From: Pecten maximus
Taxonomy: Eukaryota
Direction: 5' to 3'
Length of the DNA: 64,000 bases
Assembly: GCF_902652985.1 (NCBI RefSeq)
Contig: NC_047029.1
Location: 34,472,001-34,536,000 of the forward strand
Shown here: positions 1-15,000 of the stretch, piece by piece
Layout: every line of letters starts with the position of its first letter
Position numbering within the stretch: position 1 is the stretch's first letter
Translations under genes and position numbers: made by a program
Notes under the pieces: generated by a model
Told to the model about the DNA's origin: nothing
Database searches by the model: none
What the model saw: the letters and a program-made list of their open reading frames with translations, nothing else

Positions 1-3000
1 AATATTTCGTTCTGGGTCTGTTGGCCATACTGGGAATTAATGTAGGTATCAAGCTCCTGTGCCTAAAATATGATGTAAGCCACTGTTAAACCCTGTAATG
101 ATAGTGTAAAGATATTGGTATCAGATTCATTTTATAAAACAATGCTAGTAAACTAGCCTGGTTCAAAGCTTCCTATCTTTGTCTTTGTGTTCTTGGGCAA
201 GATATTTTACCCTTTTAATTGCTATGTATGGCAAGCAACGTGTCTCCCATATGAAGTTCAGTGAGTTTGTCAACAACTACTACAAGGTCCCATATCAAAA
301 TAACTCTTGCTGTTCACCAGGCAATAAACCCACCAAACAATTCACAAGCAAGCGAGTACACTGTATATTTCCATGTTTTATTTGTCTTTGCTTTTCTGTC
401 ATCAACAGTTCAGTGAATGTTATCCGACACTGCATATACCATCGACACTGCATGAAATATACCATCGCCAAAAAAGGCGAGAAAATTTGTATTTTGAATA
501 AAGTGTGCTTTGATCTAACATCACATGAAGTATGAAGTATAAACAACGTACGTTATAAAAGAGTAGTTGTGTTGGTGTATATAAACACAGGTCCAATATA
601 TACCTCCTTAACACTGTGTAGGAAATAATTCGGTTAAATTATTAAAATACATTTGTTGGAAATGATTCAATGACTAATTATCAACAACACATCAAGCTAA
701 TCAAAATTCAACTTTAATTTTTACTAAAAAGACAACACAACTAAGTAAACTGCAACTTTTTTTCCAGAGATTTTAAGTGAAATGTAGTTTTATTATATTT
801 AAAAGATTTTTATTTTAAAGCAACAAAATTTTTGTTGTATTTGGGATTAATCGATGTCCTTATGACATGAGTGGTAAAAACTTCATATTTAGAGATGTTG
901 TGTCTTGTTGTACTGTACAGCTACATGATATTAAACTAGTACTATCGTCTTTTCCCGCTTGTTTGGTGAACTTTCTGTTTGTCTTCAGTAAACAAAGAGG
1001 ATAATGGGAGAATGTTCTAGTTTAAATACCAAGCATTTCAATGCAAATTCATCAGTATTATATTCAAATATTTGAGTGCTTTTAAATGTCCGTTTCAAAT
1101 TCATTACCAAATATTCAAGTTACCTCAATACTCAAAATGTTGAAGGAGGTTATATATATGTGTCACTAAAAAAACTTCAGCTAACATTGATATCATAACC
1201 TAAAATTAACCAAAACTTATCAAACGTGATAAAAATATTGATCACAGATTTAAAATGTTGAGGGGATAACAGTGTATCCATTATATATCTATCTACATAC
1301 TGTAGTTAACTTATTACTCTGACTATTAATCAACCTATTTTGCCATTATCGATCCACATAATGTAGTCATATAGCTCTGACTATCAACCTATAGCTTATA
1401 ATATAATATAGCCATTATCTATCCACATAGCTAACTTATATAGCTCTGACTACCTATATCGACCTATATAGCCATTATCTATCCACATAGCTAACTTATA
1501 TAGCTCTGACTACCTATATCGACCTATATAGCCATTATCTATCCACATAGCTAACTTATATAGCTCTGACTACCTATATCGACCTATATAGCCATTATCT
1601 ATCCACATAGCTAACTTATATAGCTCTGACTACCTATATCGACCTATATAGCCATTATCTATCCACATAGCTAACTTATATAGCTTTGACTATATTGACC
1701 TATATAGCCATTATCTATCCACATAGCTAACTTATATAGCTCTGACTATATTGACCTATATAGCCATTATCTATCCACATAGCTAACTTATATAGCTCTG
1801 ACTACCTATATCGACCTAAATAGCCATTATCTATCCACATAGCTAACTTATATAGTTCTGACTATATCGACCTAAATAGCCATTATCTATCCACATAGCT
1901 AACTTATATAGCTCTGACTATCAACCTATATAGCCAGTATCTATCCACATAGCTAACTTATATAGCTCTGACTATCGACCTATATAGCCAGTATCTATCC
2001 ACATAGCTAACTTATATAGCTCTGACTATCAACCTATATAGCCAGTATCTATCCACATAGCTAACTTATATAGCTCTGACTATCAACCTATATAGCCAGT
2101 ATCTATCCACATAGCTAGCTTATATAGCTCTGACTATCGACCTATATAGCCAGTATCTATCCACATAGCTAGCTTATATAGCTCTGACTATCGACCTATA
2201 TAGCCATTATCTATCCACATAGCTAACTTATATAGCTCTGACTATATCAACCTATATAGCCAGTATCTATCCACATAGCTAGCTTATATAGCTCTGACTA
2301 TCGACCTATATAGCCAGTATCTATCCACATACTGTAGCTATAAATAGCTCTGACTATCGACCTATATAGCCAGTATCTATCCATATAGCTAACTTATATA
2401 GCTCTGACTATCGACCTATATAGCCATTATCTATCCACATACTGTAGCTATAAATAGCTCTGACTGCTGGCCTATACAATGTAGCTATATATCTCTGACT
2501 ATTGGCCTTAAATATACAGACATTATCTATCTATATAAAATAGCTATATATAGCTCTGCCTACCAGCCTATATATACAGTATCTATCTATATAATATATA
2601 GCTATATATAGCTCTGCCTACCAGCCTATATATACAGTATCTATCTATATAATATAGCTATATATAGCTCTGCCTACCAGCCTATATATACAGTATCTAT
2701 CTATATATATTATATTATATATAATATACATGTAGCTATATATAGCTCTGCCTACCAGCCTATATATACATTGTACAGTATCTATCTATATAAAATAGCT
2801 ATACATAGCTCTGCCTACCAGCCTATATATACAGTATCTATAGATCTATATAAAATAGCTATATATAGCTCTATCTACCGACCTATATATACAGTATCTA
2901 TCTATATAAAATAGCTATATATATATAGCTCTGCCTACCAGCCTATATACAGTATCTATCTATATAATATAGCTATATATAGCTCTGCCTACCAGCCTAT

Positions 3001-6000
3001 ATACAGTATCTATCTATATAATATAGCTATATATAGCTCTGCCTACCAGCCTATATATATACAGTATCTATCTATATAATATAGCTAAGGGTCAAAGAAG
3101 TAATATGAACAGTATAATCCAGATAACACTGGATCCTCACATAAATGTATGGAGGATACGAATTACTTGTAATGATTATATGGGGCAAAGAAGTAATTCA
3201 AACAGTGTAAACAATAAGGCTTGTTAAATTTTCTAGGCAATCCGCCCCTTTATCAAAACACAAATATTATGTGATTGTATTTGTAATTTTTTGATAAAGG
3301 GGCGGATTGCCTAGAAAATTTAACAAGCCTTATTGTTTACACTGTTTGAATTAATTCTTTGCCCCATATATAATATAGCTATATATAGCTCTGCCTACCA
3401 GCCTATACAGACAGTATCTACCTATATAATATATAGCTATATATAGCTCTGCCTACCAGCCTATACAGCCAATATATATCTTTATGATATAGCTATATAT
3501 AACTCTGTCTCCTGGCCTATATATATGCTGTATCTTTCATTACACTGTAGAGATATAACTCTGGTTGTTACAAGACAGAACATGAAGTGAAGTATCAGCC
3601 TAAATAAATACAGGTATCTGAGTATAAGGTTTCAATCTCCAGTCTGCATGACCCTACAATAAGTATGTCATAAAGTAATACCTTATCAGCAGTAAGATAT
3701 TGATTTACACCTACTTAAATATATATAAATGATATGTCAGATACCACACAGGACGCACATATAGGTAGATGTAACATATCTTTCTACCACAATACCCTGT
3801 GTTATTCAACTCTCAGACCATCAGTTAATCATTACAGCTGTTGATTAACAATCTGTTTATACCACACGTGGTATAAACTCTGTACGCATTTTGATTGGCT
3901 AACACGGTGAACTTTGACCCAAGCTGCAATTGTTATTGACGTCATCAATAATCTAATGACGTCACATCACCGGGTCCCGGACGTCACCGGTACACTTTAT
4001 TTGCATACGCGAAATTATACTTGGCCACGTTTCCCTTTGATTCAAGCCGATATTATTGTGGTAGAAACAGGTCACACGACTCGAAATTGTTGGATATGGA
4101 ATTTATTTCACACTCGTAAGTTATTTTTTAAAAGTTGCAAAAAACACTCGCTAAAGCTCGTGTCTTTTGTAACTTTTAAAAAATAACTTACTCGTGTGAA
4201 ATAAATTCCATATCCAACATTCACTCGTTGTGTAACCTCTATATACACTATAAATGTAGATGTGTAATTATACCTCCTCTTCTCACTCAGAATCTCAGAT
4301 CTAGCCCCCAATCCCCATTACTCTACTGTGTAACCATTTTTGACATTTGTTATGATCTTTATTCAATAATTTCCATTTCATTCATGTACACAGAGTTCTG
4401 GTTCAATCCTATCATTCCTTAATTATTGAGAAACAAAGAATTTAGAATGGAACCCTAGTTGTTAATTATGTTGAAACCCAAGACTTACTGAATGATGATG
4501 CACTAGTTAGCATACAATGTAGTTAAAATGGAATCGAGAATCAAAACATGTAAGTTATATTGTACCCTTGTCTGAGTTTTCAGTACTCGTGTACTTTTCA
4601 AGTTTTCAGTCTAAACATTTTTGAATTCCTGGGAAACCAATCAAGATACCAGCAGCTAGCTGGTAGAAGAATATCGCCTTGAAAAGAAGGTTAGTTGGAG
4701 GAAGTCTGGATGAGATAAACACTGTCAAATTCTACAGTATTAATCTCCATTTAACCCACACATACCTGATGGAGCTGAAATACCAGATTATCACTAGCGT
4801 TCACCGAGCCGTTCAGTGACATTTCTGTCCAATTAAACATTGTTAACACTGTAAATAAGCAGTTAGGTAGTTTCTTGTGGGAAATTGAAAAGGATTATAC
4901 CTTTAATTGATATCAGTTAAGTTTAATTCCAGTACAGAATTAAATTATCCTCTTCATTGGACTTAAATCATTCATGTACATAATATACAAGATGAATTAT
5001 TGAAAATGTACAAGTTGTATATCAGTTATATATACCGTATTTATTCTAATAAACGCCCCCACCCTAATAAACGCCCTCCCCCCCCCCCTTTTTTGGAAAG
5101 AAAAATTCCTCAATTCGAGAAAAAGAACTTACCGTGGCACAGTTATATATCCATCCACGTGTGTCCAGAAGTAATTATTTAAAGGATATCCAACATAAAA
5201 CTAACACAAACCACAAAACAAAGTTTCAGTAACTATATACACAGTACCACTATATGTTTCATGGTGTGAAATGGGTACATACAACAGATCTCACAACTTA
5301 CCGACTCTGAAATTTTGATCTCCATTAAACGCCCCCCCCCCTTGGAAAAATTTCACGCCCCGGGGCGTTTATTAGAATAAATACGGTATTTACTGTGAAG
5401 TTCTGTTGATTCCAGATTTAGACGGTTCAGACTGATAGTTTGGCTCATACAACATTCAGATAGTTATTTAGATTGTTCAGATTTATAGTTTGGCTCATAA
5501 CTATCACCAAAAGGAGGATGTTTACTTTGTCATCAACAAATGAAAGGTACAGAAAATGCTTATTCTAGAGCAAATTGTAAATGTTTTTTACCCAGGGACT
5601 CCACCACAACAGCACAGGGCAGTCCCTGAGTATATTAGTCCTGTACATAAACTGAGAATCCCACACTGACCCAAGTAGGAAGTGAGTAGAGGTGTCCCGT
5701 GATCAGAGAATCCCAGATTGACCCGAGTAGGGAGTGAGTATAGACTGTCCCGTGATCAGAGAATCCCAGATTGACCCGAGTAGGGAGTGAGTATAGACTG
5801 TCCCGTGATCAGAGAATCCCAGATTGACCCGAGTAGGGAGTGAGTATAGACTGTCCCGTGATCAGAGAATCCCACACTGACCCAAGAAGGAAGTGAGTAT
5901 AGACTGTCCAATGATCAGAGAATCCCAGATTGACCCGAGAAGGGAGTGAGTAGAGACTGTCCAATGATCAGAGAATCCCAGATTGACCCGAGTAGGGAGT

Positions 6001-9000
6001 GAGTATAGACTGTCCCGTGATCAGAGAATCCCACACTGACCCAAGAAGGAAGTGAGTATAGACTGTCCAATGATCAGAGAATCCCAGATTGACCCGAGAA
6101 GGGAGTGAGTAGAGACTGTCCAATGATCAGAGAATCCCAGATTGACCCGAATAGGGAGTGAGTAGAGACTGTCCCATGATCAGAGAATCCCAGACTGACC
6201 CGAGTAGGGAGTGAGTGGAGATGTCCAATGATCAGAGAATCCCAGATTGACCCAAGTACGGAGTGAGTAGAGATGTCAGAGAGAATCCCAGACTGACCCG
6301 AGAAGGGAGTGAGTAGAGACTGTCCAATGATCAGAGAATCCCAGATTGACCCGAGTAGGGGGTGAGTAGAGATGTCCCGTGATCAGAGAATCCCAGACTG
6401 ACCCAAGTAGGGAGTGAGTAGAGATGTCAGAGAGAATCCCGGACTGACCCAAGTAGGGAGTGAGTAGAGATGTCCCGTGATCAGAGAATCCCAGACTGAC
6501 CCAAGTAGGGAGTGAGTAGAGATGTCAGAGTGAATCCCACACTGACCCGAGTAGGGAGTGAGTAGAGACTGTCCAATGATCAGAGAATCCCAGATTGACC
6601 CGAGTAGGGAGTGAGTGGAGATGTCCAATGATCAGAGAATCCCAGATTGACCCAAGTACGGAGTGAGTAGAGATGTCAGAGAGAATCCCAGACTGACCCG
6701 AGAAGGGAGTGAGTAGAGACTGTCCAATGATCAGAGAATCCCAGATTGACCCGAGTAGGGGGTGAGTAGAGATGTCCCGTGATCAGAGAATCCCAGACTG
6801 ACCCAAGTAGGGAGTGAGTAGAGATGTCAGAGAGAATCCCGGACTGACCCAAGTAGGGAGTGAGTAGAGATGTCCCGTGATCAGAGAATCCCAGACTGAC
6901 CCAAGTAGGGAGTGAGTAGAGATGTCAGAGAGAATCCCAGATTGACCCGAGTAGGGAGTCAGTGGAGATGTCCAATGATCAGAGAATCCCAGATTGACCG
7001 AGTAGGGAGTGAGTATAGACTGTCCTGTGATCAGAGAATCCAAGATTAACCCGAGTAGGGAGTCAGTAGAAATGTCCCGTGATCAGAGAATCCCAGACTG
7101 ACCCGTGTAGGGAGTGAGTATAGACTGTCCCGTGATCAGAGAATCCCACACTGGCCCGAGTAGAGAGTGTCGTATAGACTGTCCCGTGATCAGAGAATCC
7201 CACACTGGCCCGAGTAGGGAGTGAGTATAGACTGTCCCGTGATCAGAGAATCCCAGATTGACCCGAGTGGGGAGTTAGTAGAGATGTCAGAGAGAATCCC
7301 GGACTGACCCGAGTAGGGAGTGAGTAGAGGTGTCCCGTGATCAGAGAATCCCAGATTGACCCGAGTGGGGAGTTAGTAGAGATGTCAGAGAGAATCCCAG
7401 ACTGACCCGAGAAGGGAGTGAGTAGAGACTGTCCAATGATCAGAGAATCCCAGATTGACCCGAGTAGGGGGTGAGTAGAGATGTCAGAGTGAATCCCGGA
7501 CTGACCTGAGTAGGGAGTGAGTATAGACTGTCCCGTGATCAGAGAATCCCAGATTGACCCAAGTAGGGAGTGAGTAGAGACTGTCCCGTGATCAGAGAAT
7601 CCCACACTGACCCAAGTAGGAAGTGAGTAGAGGTGTCCCGTGATCAGAGAATCCCAGATTGACCCGAGTAGGGAGTGAGTAGAGACTGTCCAATGATCAG
7701 AGAATCCCAGATTGACCCGAGTAGGGGGTGAGTAGAGATGTCAGAGTGAATCCCAGACGGACCCGAGAAGGGAGTGAGTAGAGACTGTCCAATGATCAGA
7801 GAATCCCAGATTGACCCAAGTAGGGAGTGAGTAGAGACTGTCCAATGATCAGAGAATCCCAGATTGACCTGAGTAGGGAGTGAGAAGAGACTGTCCAATG
7901 ATCAGAGAATCCCAGATTGACCCGAGTAGGGAGTTAGTAGAGATGTCCCGTGATCAGAGAATCCCAGATTGACCAAATTGATATTTGAATTGAAAATAAC
8001 ATAATTAGTAGATATCAGAAATATTGAAATTCAGTGAAAATTAAGCCAGACAGATTTTTGCTTCCTTCTGATAAACATTGACATATAGCTAGTATGGTGT
8101 ACATCTGCATATTAATGATTTAATGACACAACATTGATACATGTAGCTAGACCACATCATAGAATTATCCTGTGGTATCCACACCAAAGCTTGACACACG
8201 TATACTACATATAAACTGAAAAAATCACCTGTGTTTGGACATATTTTTCGGTCTTTTTCAAACAACTTCCATTCAATTCAGTTTTCAATTCATACATTAT
8301 TATGGGCATCAAGAAGTTGGTCTTGACTGAATAATTTACCATTATGTTGTGTCAATTAAGGTCGCTACACCCCGCTGTCGGCGCTGTGTTTACCTAGTGA
8401 GGTAAACTATGGTTAGCATACCTACTGGATGATGGGGGAATTTCAAGTAGGCCAATAGAATACATCCAGAACCTGGCAGACGGATATATCAGATATCCCA
8501 TTTCAGAATAAATTACATATAGATGGGCTAAGGATTGTCAGTGCCTGTATTAATTCAAGAAACCAGTATGCTCAAAATAAAAATCCCGAGTAGAAGCATT
8601 AATTCAAATTGCAATTATTTTAATTCTCCTGAAGAAATTGAAGAGACTTGACACTATTCAATGTCTACAATTTGCCATTTTGCCCACAGAAGAAATTATC
8701 ATAAAGTTCAGTCAAAATATAACAATTTGTTGTTCTCATGATATATAAACTCCATTATCTCGATCTTGCATTTTTCTTTATTGCATTAATAAGCTTGTCA
8801 TGAGCCCCCCCCCCCCCCCCCCCCCCCCCCCTCCTTCATTACAATGACAAGTTGTTTATAAAATTGATATATATGATGTGATTATGCAATATATTCATGA
8901 TGTTGTCCCCGACAGGGCACTTGTTAAAAATTGTCTTTGTCACCTGTCAATCAAATTATCACATGTACATGTGGTACATGCAGATGTGAAGCACCTGACT

Positions 9001-12000
9001 TAACAGATTTAACATATTCTCTACAAATGTATATTAAATGTACATTGATTGAGACCTACAGGATTTCCGTGACATTGCAAATGCATTGTATAATACAATG
9101 TTGTACGATGACAAAGACTTCAGATAGATCTACTTGTCATGGTCCAATACTTCACATTCAGTCTTCTCTGGACTTAAGACTTACTTGTACCACCAGGCGA
9201 CATTTATAAATTTAGATACAGTTCACCATCTACACTAGTTTCTTATATAGAATGACTAAGTAAAAAAAACATCATTATTTCTGGCAAATTTTTAAATATC
9301 ATGTGGTAAGTTAGATCAATTGACTTAATATTGTACTGCTTATATAGTCGTCAATTACAGTCTGTTAATTTGTCTGAAACATTTAGGACTAACAATTAAC
9401 TTGCAACAATCGGGGGTTTTCCTCCCAAAACTACGGGGAAAGACAGTGGGAAGCACAGTGACCTGTCACCTGGACATACATAGACCTCTATAATGTGCAT
9501 ATTTGTTTACCTGTATAATTAGTACTAGCTGTCAAAAGTACAGAATTTTTGTCATCGAGTACCCAAATTTTAATACCCGACCAGTAACCGGTTAACCAAC
9601 TATTTTGACCATACCCAAATCGCATTGTTTATAACAGGAAAGAGATAATGAAATCAACATTTTTTAACTATACTTCCTTGGTGATAGTATCATTATATCC
9701 TTGTCCTTGCATATTAACTGACTGTGTGGTGAATGTAACTGAAAATCTATTCATTAAATTAGTTTTGTGGTTATGCTGTCTTTGAGGAATTGTGTAAATA
9801 TTTACTGCATACATGTATGTGCAGCAGTTAGCATGACATAATATCACTTGCACAGTCTCTTGATTTATCCATACGTTGCAAATTAAAGCTGACATGAACA
9901 AATTGAAGGATTCCACAATGAAATCAATAAATGACTGAATACAGTATCATTTTCCTTTTTTGACCAATGACACTAGTACTGGAGGATATGACATAATGTT
10001 TCCTATTTTGATGGGTACATCCTGGTACACATTTTTGAACCCTGGTACTCAAGCACTTTTAACAGCCCAAAGTATAATTATTATACATGTTATTTCTGGA
10101 TTTGTTGCCCTAGACTGTCGAGAGTGAATAAGCTAGTCTTTCTTAGTCAACATAAAAATTTCCTGGTCACAAAGGAATTTCCTGATAAGCTTTAAGGTGA
10201 CACTATCCCTTTTAATACTGTTTCTTCAAGAAAATATTTCATTTTGACAGCAATCAATTAAGTTTAATTACAAGGCCATAGGTATAAGTCCTATATGATG
10301 TTTACTTGCAGTAACAGAAAGTATTGAACATGTGTTGTTATGTGTTGGAATTCAATAATTATGAAGTAAGACATGCACTCCTTCGACTGAATGGACAGGT
10401 GTGCAGACAGGTGTGCTATGTCATTGACACATATTAGACACATAGTGTACAGTAGCTTTTTATGACGTCAAACAGGTACAGTGCAATTCTATCCAGTTCA
10501 ACACATGGTACCAATTATTTACTTTAAATTATGACTTATTAGAACTCTATTTTACACACCTGGCTCGAGCTAAAATCCACAGCTCCATATGTATAAAATA
10601 ATCAATAGCCATAACCACAGCTCCATATGTATAAACTAATCAATAGCCATAACCTATCTCATTTTATAATCATTAAACTATCTCATTTTATAATCATTTA
10701 ACCATTGTTCTTTTCTTGTAAAATTCATAAATATTATATTTTATATCATCAAACTACGCTGAGTTAATAGCTTTGTCTCTCTTACTCTAGTGTTTTATTG
10801 ACCTTTCTGAAATAAAGAACATTTACCATAAATCAGTAAATCATCGATCCCTATAAACTGGAACCCTTACTAAAATTTACCACCTTTATTCGGTCAAATC
10901 TAAACAGTGTCATTAGCTGATTTAAACATGAATGTATATATATGGTGTCTGGGTATACCACATACATATGCAGAGGTTTTGTAACACTGCATGGTAACAG
11001 TCATGTACACTCGCCTTTCACCTAGTCTGCCGGGGTTCGATTCCCCGATCGGACGTGAAAGAAAAGGTATGGGGTCACCTGCCTGATCACGTTGGTTTTC
11101 TCCCGGACCCAGGTACTCCAATTTATTCCCACAGTAAGACCCCTCGCATGCTTCCATCCGGGCAGACAAGCGTGATTAATATAAGTTGATATAACTTGTA
11201 CATAAGAAATAAAGTTTACAATTAAATGAAGGAAGTGTATCCAAAAGAAAAATAATTTTTGGGCAGATTTTACCACATTATTTTTGCTACAACATAATAA
11301 CCAATTGCTTTGGATGGGTTTTTTTCTGGTCAATAATTAGAATTTTTGTTTCCGCCTATATACAGCTATAGCCTATAGGACTTTCATTTTGGCCAACAGA
11401 ATGACTAATTATATCAGCAGATAAATCATGTTTCATTATTGTTACAAAATAACAAATTTACTTTTCAAAATTTAAATTGATTTAATCTTCCAGTTCTGCA
11501 GTTGTATCGACTTATGCATTGGCCTTTCTGTCTGATTTATCAACATTCTGACAGTATACAACAAAATCACAACACCAAACTTATATAACAAATAGCTAAC
11601 AACTACATCAATTCAGAGGAGGGTAACCTACAGTAAAAACTACTTCCATACATCTAAGGCATGAACAAATCACATTTACCATTTACTAAAAGAAAAGAAC
11701 TTAATATTTGATAAATCCACAGCTATTCAACACAAAACCACCGATATATAATCTGATAATTATATATTATAAACAGTAACTTAAACCATTGTATAGTACA
11801 AACTCTGCAGATTAAAAGGGAACAGAAGATAACACTGTTGTGATACAATTGTCTTCTACCCTTTTTCACTCAAAAGAAAACATATACAATGTACATCATA
11901 AATATAAATTTGAAGAATTATACACAATTTATATTCAAATTTAATGATTAATTAAATATTCTGAAAAAATAGGTTGAAAATCTGAAAATAAAATGAAACA

Positions 12001-15000
12001 ATAAGCAAATTTAAGTGGAAGAAGAAGAATAAAATGAATCAAAAAGAAAGAAAAGCAGGCCACTTGTGTTCATAATCCAGGTTTATGAGAAATTAGCTAA
12101 AACTAAACACAGATTTATAAAGAAATGCTGGGTTCTTTCTTTCATACTAAAACGTCTGAAAATCAAAACAATTTGTATTTAATATTAGCTTCATACATAT
12201 GTGCTTTCTAAATCACACATAGACTTAAATCAGGAATGATCATGTGAACAGAAAAGAAACTGCAGAAAACCAGTCAAAAGGAAGAAACATGCACTCGTTT
12301 TTGCATGAATGTAGCCGGTCACTTCCGATATTGTTATATTTTCAAAAGTCAAACGTTTCAGAAAAAATCAACAACTTTAAATTGTTCAAAATAGAAAAAA
12401 ATAGCACAGTAAAAAGAGCTGCTGGAAAGATCAGAATCACACCCCTATATGTCGCAATGATCAGTATCATGCTTATTTGTGAACAGCGGAACCATATTAA
12501 ATTTCTCACCAGTAAAACTGATCACTTTCTCCCGTCAGAGTTGTAGATGTTTCAATAATTAGCTAAAATTGTTATTATCACATGTATGTGTTCTTTGTAA
12601 TAAATTTGTGTATAAATTAATTCAGCAATAAACTTACTTAGTTACTATGACACTGGACAACTGAACTACATACCTGATCCCTCTACACCGGTGGGCGTGT
12701 AGCCCATTAACTTGGGCTCCGGCATCCTTAAATGCTAGGCTGAGATTCTATCTGAAAAACAAAATAATTACTTAATTATCTTTTTTTTAAATTTAAAAAC
12801 CATGACAATTGATCATCAGGACTACTGTAGTGTACCTAAAGCCATATATTAAAGTCTAGGGACCCAGGGAAGGTTTCAAGGCTTCGTTCTATGCGATGTT
12901 CCTGCATCCTACACTATTGTAAAAGACGATAGCTATATAAGTGTAACGGAACTGGACAGGGTCAGCGACCAGGTAGCTCAATTGGTAGAGCATCCGGCTA
13001 GTGTTCAGAGGTCCCGGGTTTGAACCCTGGTCTGGCTATGCATTTTTCCACTCCTATTTTGGCTATTACAGATTTGGTGCCTTTGATCCGTCCAAGTGAA
13101 AGCTATAGGAGATTGAGAGGCTTCCTTGGGACTAAAGAACCTGGATGTGGTTGTCTTCTGGGGTAAAGACTTTGTGAAGGAGGAAGTAGTGTAAAAGTAG
13201 AGAGTATAAGGTCGCCTTACAAGCTCAGACTAGCAGGAATTTCCCTTTAGTCTTGTAAAAAGATGTTAACCTTGACAGTGAGAGGTCGTTAGTTCAAGCC
13301 CCAGCGTGAGCGGGTATGGTATTTTTCATTACTCCTTCCTATTACATTTTAATAAAAGTAAAATGATTTAGCAACCATGAGTGTCACCATTTGCTTTTAG
13401 ACATGGGAAATCCTATGTATATAGAAAAAAAACAAAGAATTTCTGTGGAACCCCTTAATGGATCCCTTCCTGATCACATTTTTTTGTGGAGGCCACACCA
13501 ACTCCCCATTAATTTCCACCTTAATGCTCCGGCCATCAATGCTAACGATTACATTTTTTTGGAACAATATTGCCAATCTAATTAAAAAATATATAAGACT
13601 TTGTTAGCTCTTTAACATTTCCTGTCAAAATTTACATACTGGTAATCGGCGATATAGCTGGCTCTTTTTTATTTATCATTGAGAAAATCCAAGTCTGCAA
13701 AAATTGCACACTTCTGTCGCTTGCCAACATTAAACAAGAATCTGCTGTTTAACTGTATAGCCTAATCTAATGAATGGCGTACTGTAAATATTCATGTAGA
13801 GTGCACATTTTTTTCTCAAAATTTACCAAGTGAAAAAAATTCACTGCACACTATACGTAGGTCCAATTAAGTCTTTGCTGGTCAGATGCATGGATGTCAT
13901 GAATGTGATACTAAATTTGTAATTGTTTCCCTCAACAGTACTAGGATTATGATTTAAATTAATCCTTATATATATAAAGCATGCATGCAGTAGGTAAATA
14001 TTGAACAAATACTCAAGGGCATTAATAGTTCTTTACATGTTTAATTCCTTGAAATTGTATATCTATCAGCAATTAAGTGGGTTAATGTTAGTCGATCTTG
14101 AGCCATACATATGATTCACACACAATTTTGACAGATTAACAATTATTCTTCTCTATGGTAACATTATCAGGACATTTAAATCATCTAGGACTAGAATCTA
14201 TTAGAGTCTTTTAATTTTCTATTTATTTTTCGTTCACCTGAAATTCTTTCAACGCATCTAAATGTAGGTCAAGCGTGACTTTTGGCTATCTGCCAAGAGT
14301 AGTGTTGTAATGTAAAGTTATAAGGTGAGAGTACAGATGTACTGTTCATTTCCTAAACCATATCAAACTTTATTATCTGTATCAACACAAAAATATGGAA
14401 TCCATTGCAGGTGCAGTATACATAAATGTATATATTACCAAAAAAAATCTGTACATGCAGTCACTAAATTAATCCTATTTTTCCTACACCCTATAATAGA
14501 ATTTATGTCATAAGTACGCTGACATGCCATTTAAATGCCCGCCAAAATTACTCGGACCTCATAATAGTAGGCCTAAGGGAGGCTGAGTCACGTGATGACA
14601 AGATGCGACGAGAGGAGCACATGTTCTTCTAGTGGGTTTTGTCATAGATATAAATAGAATGTTTTACAAGCGTACAAGCCGCACTGGGCCCATCCTTGTT
14701 TTATTTGTTACTTCATAAACTATCTGCAGAATGTTAATTATATAACAAGAATTCGAACTTTCGGATCCGTTCGCAGAGTCTAAAATATAATTACACTTTA
14801 GGTCAATAAAGAGGACAGACTATAACCAGCTGATAACACGATTCAGCGACCGAGCAGTACAGCAGTATGCCCAATACACTAGAATGTAAACAGAAAAAAT
14901 AATACCTACTGATCAATGAAAACATTATGATAAATTTGATTAAAACCACCTGTCATTGTGACCTTGCTTGAATAAACTGACAGAGAACCGATCTGGTCCG

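Noticed and set aside
179-614. Overlapping short ORFs at the window start
   Set aside because: Non-ATG or low-complexity, no motifs; probably intronic sequence.
3914-4186. Duplicated ORF MTQAAIVIDVINN... (also 35201-35386)
   Set aside because: Lies within a non-coding dispersed repeat, starts with TTG, and the copies diverge where the repeat ends.
6383-7898. Repetitive minus-strand ORFs
   Set aside because: Translations of the 53/46-bp minisatellite.
12967-13038. Functional tRNA-Thr(AGT) gene
   Set aside because: Mismatched acceptor and anticodon stems and TTTGA instead of TTCGA; embedded in an LTR-like repeat.
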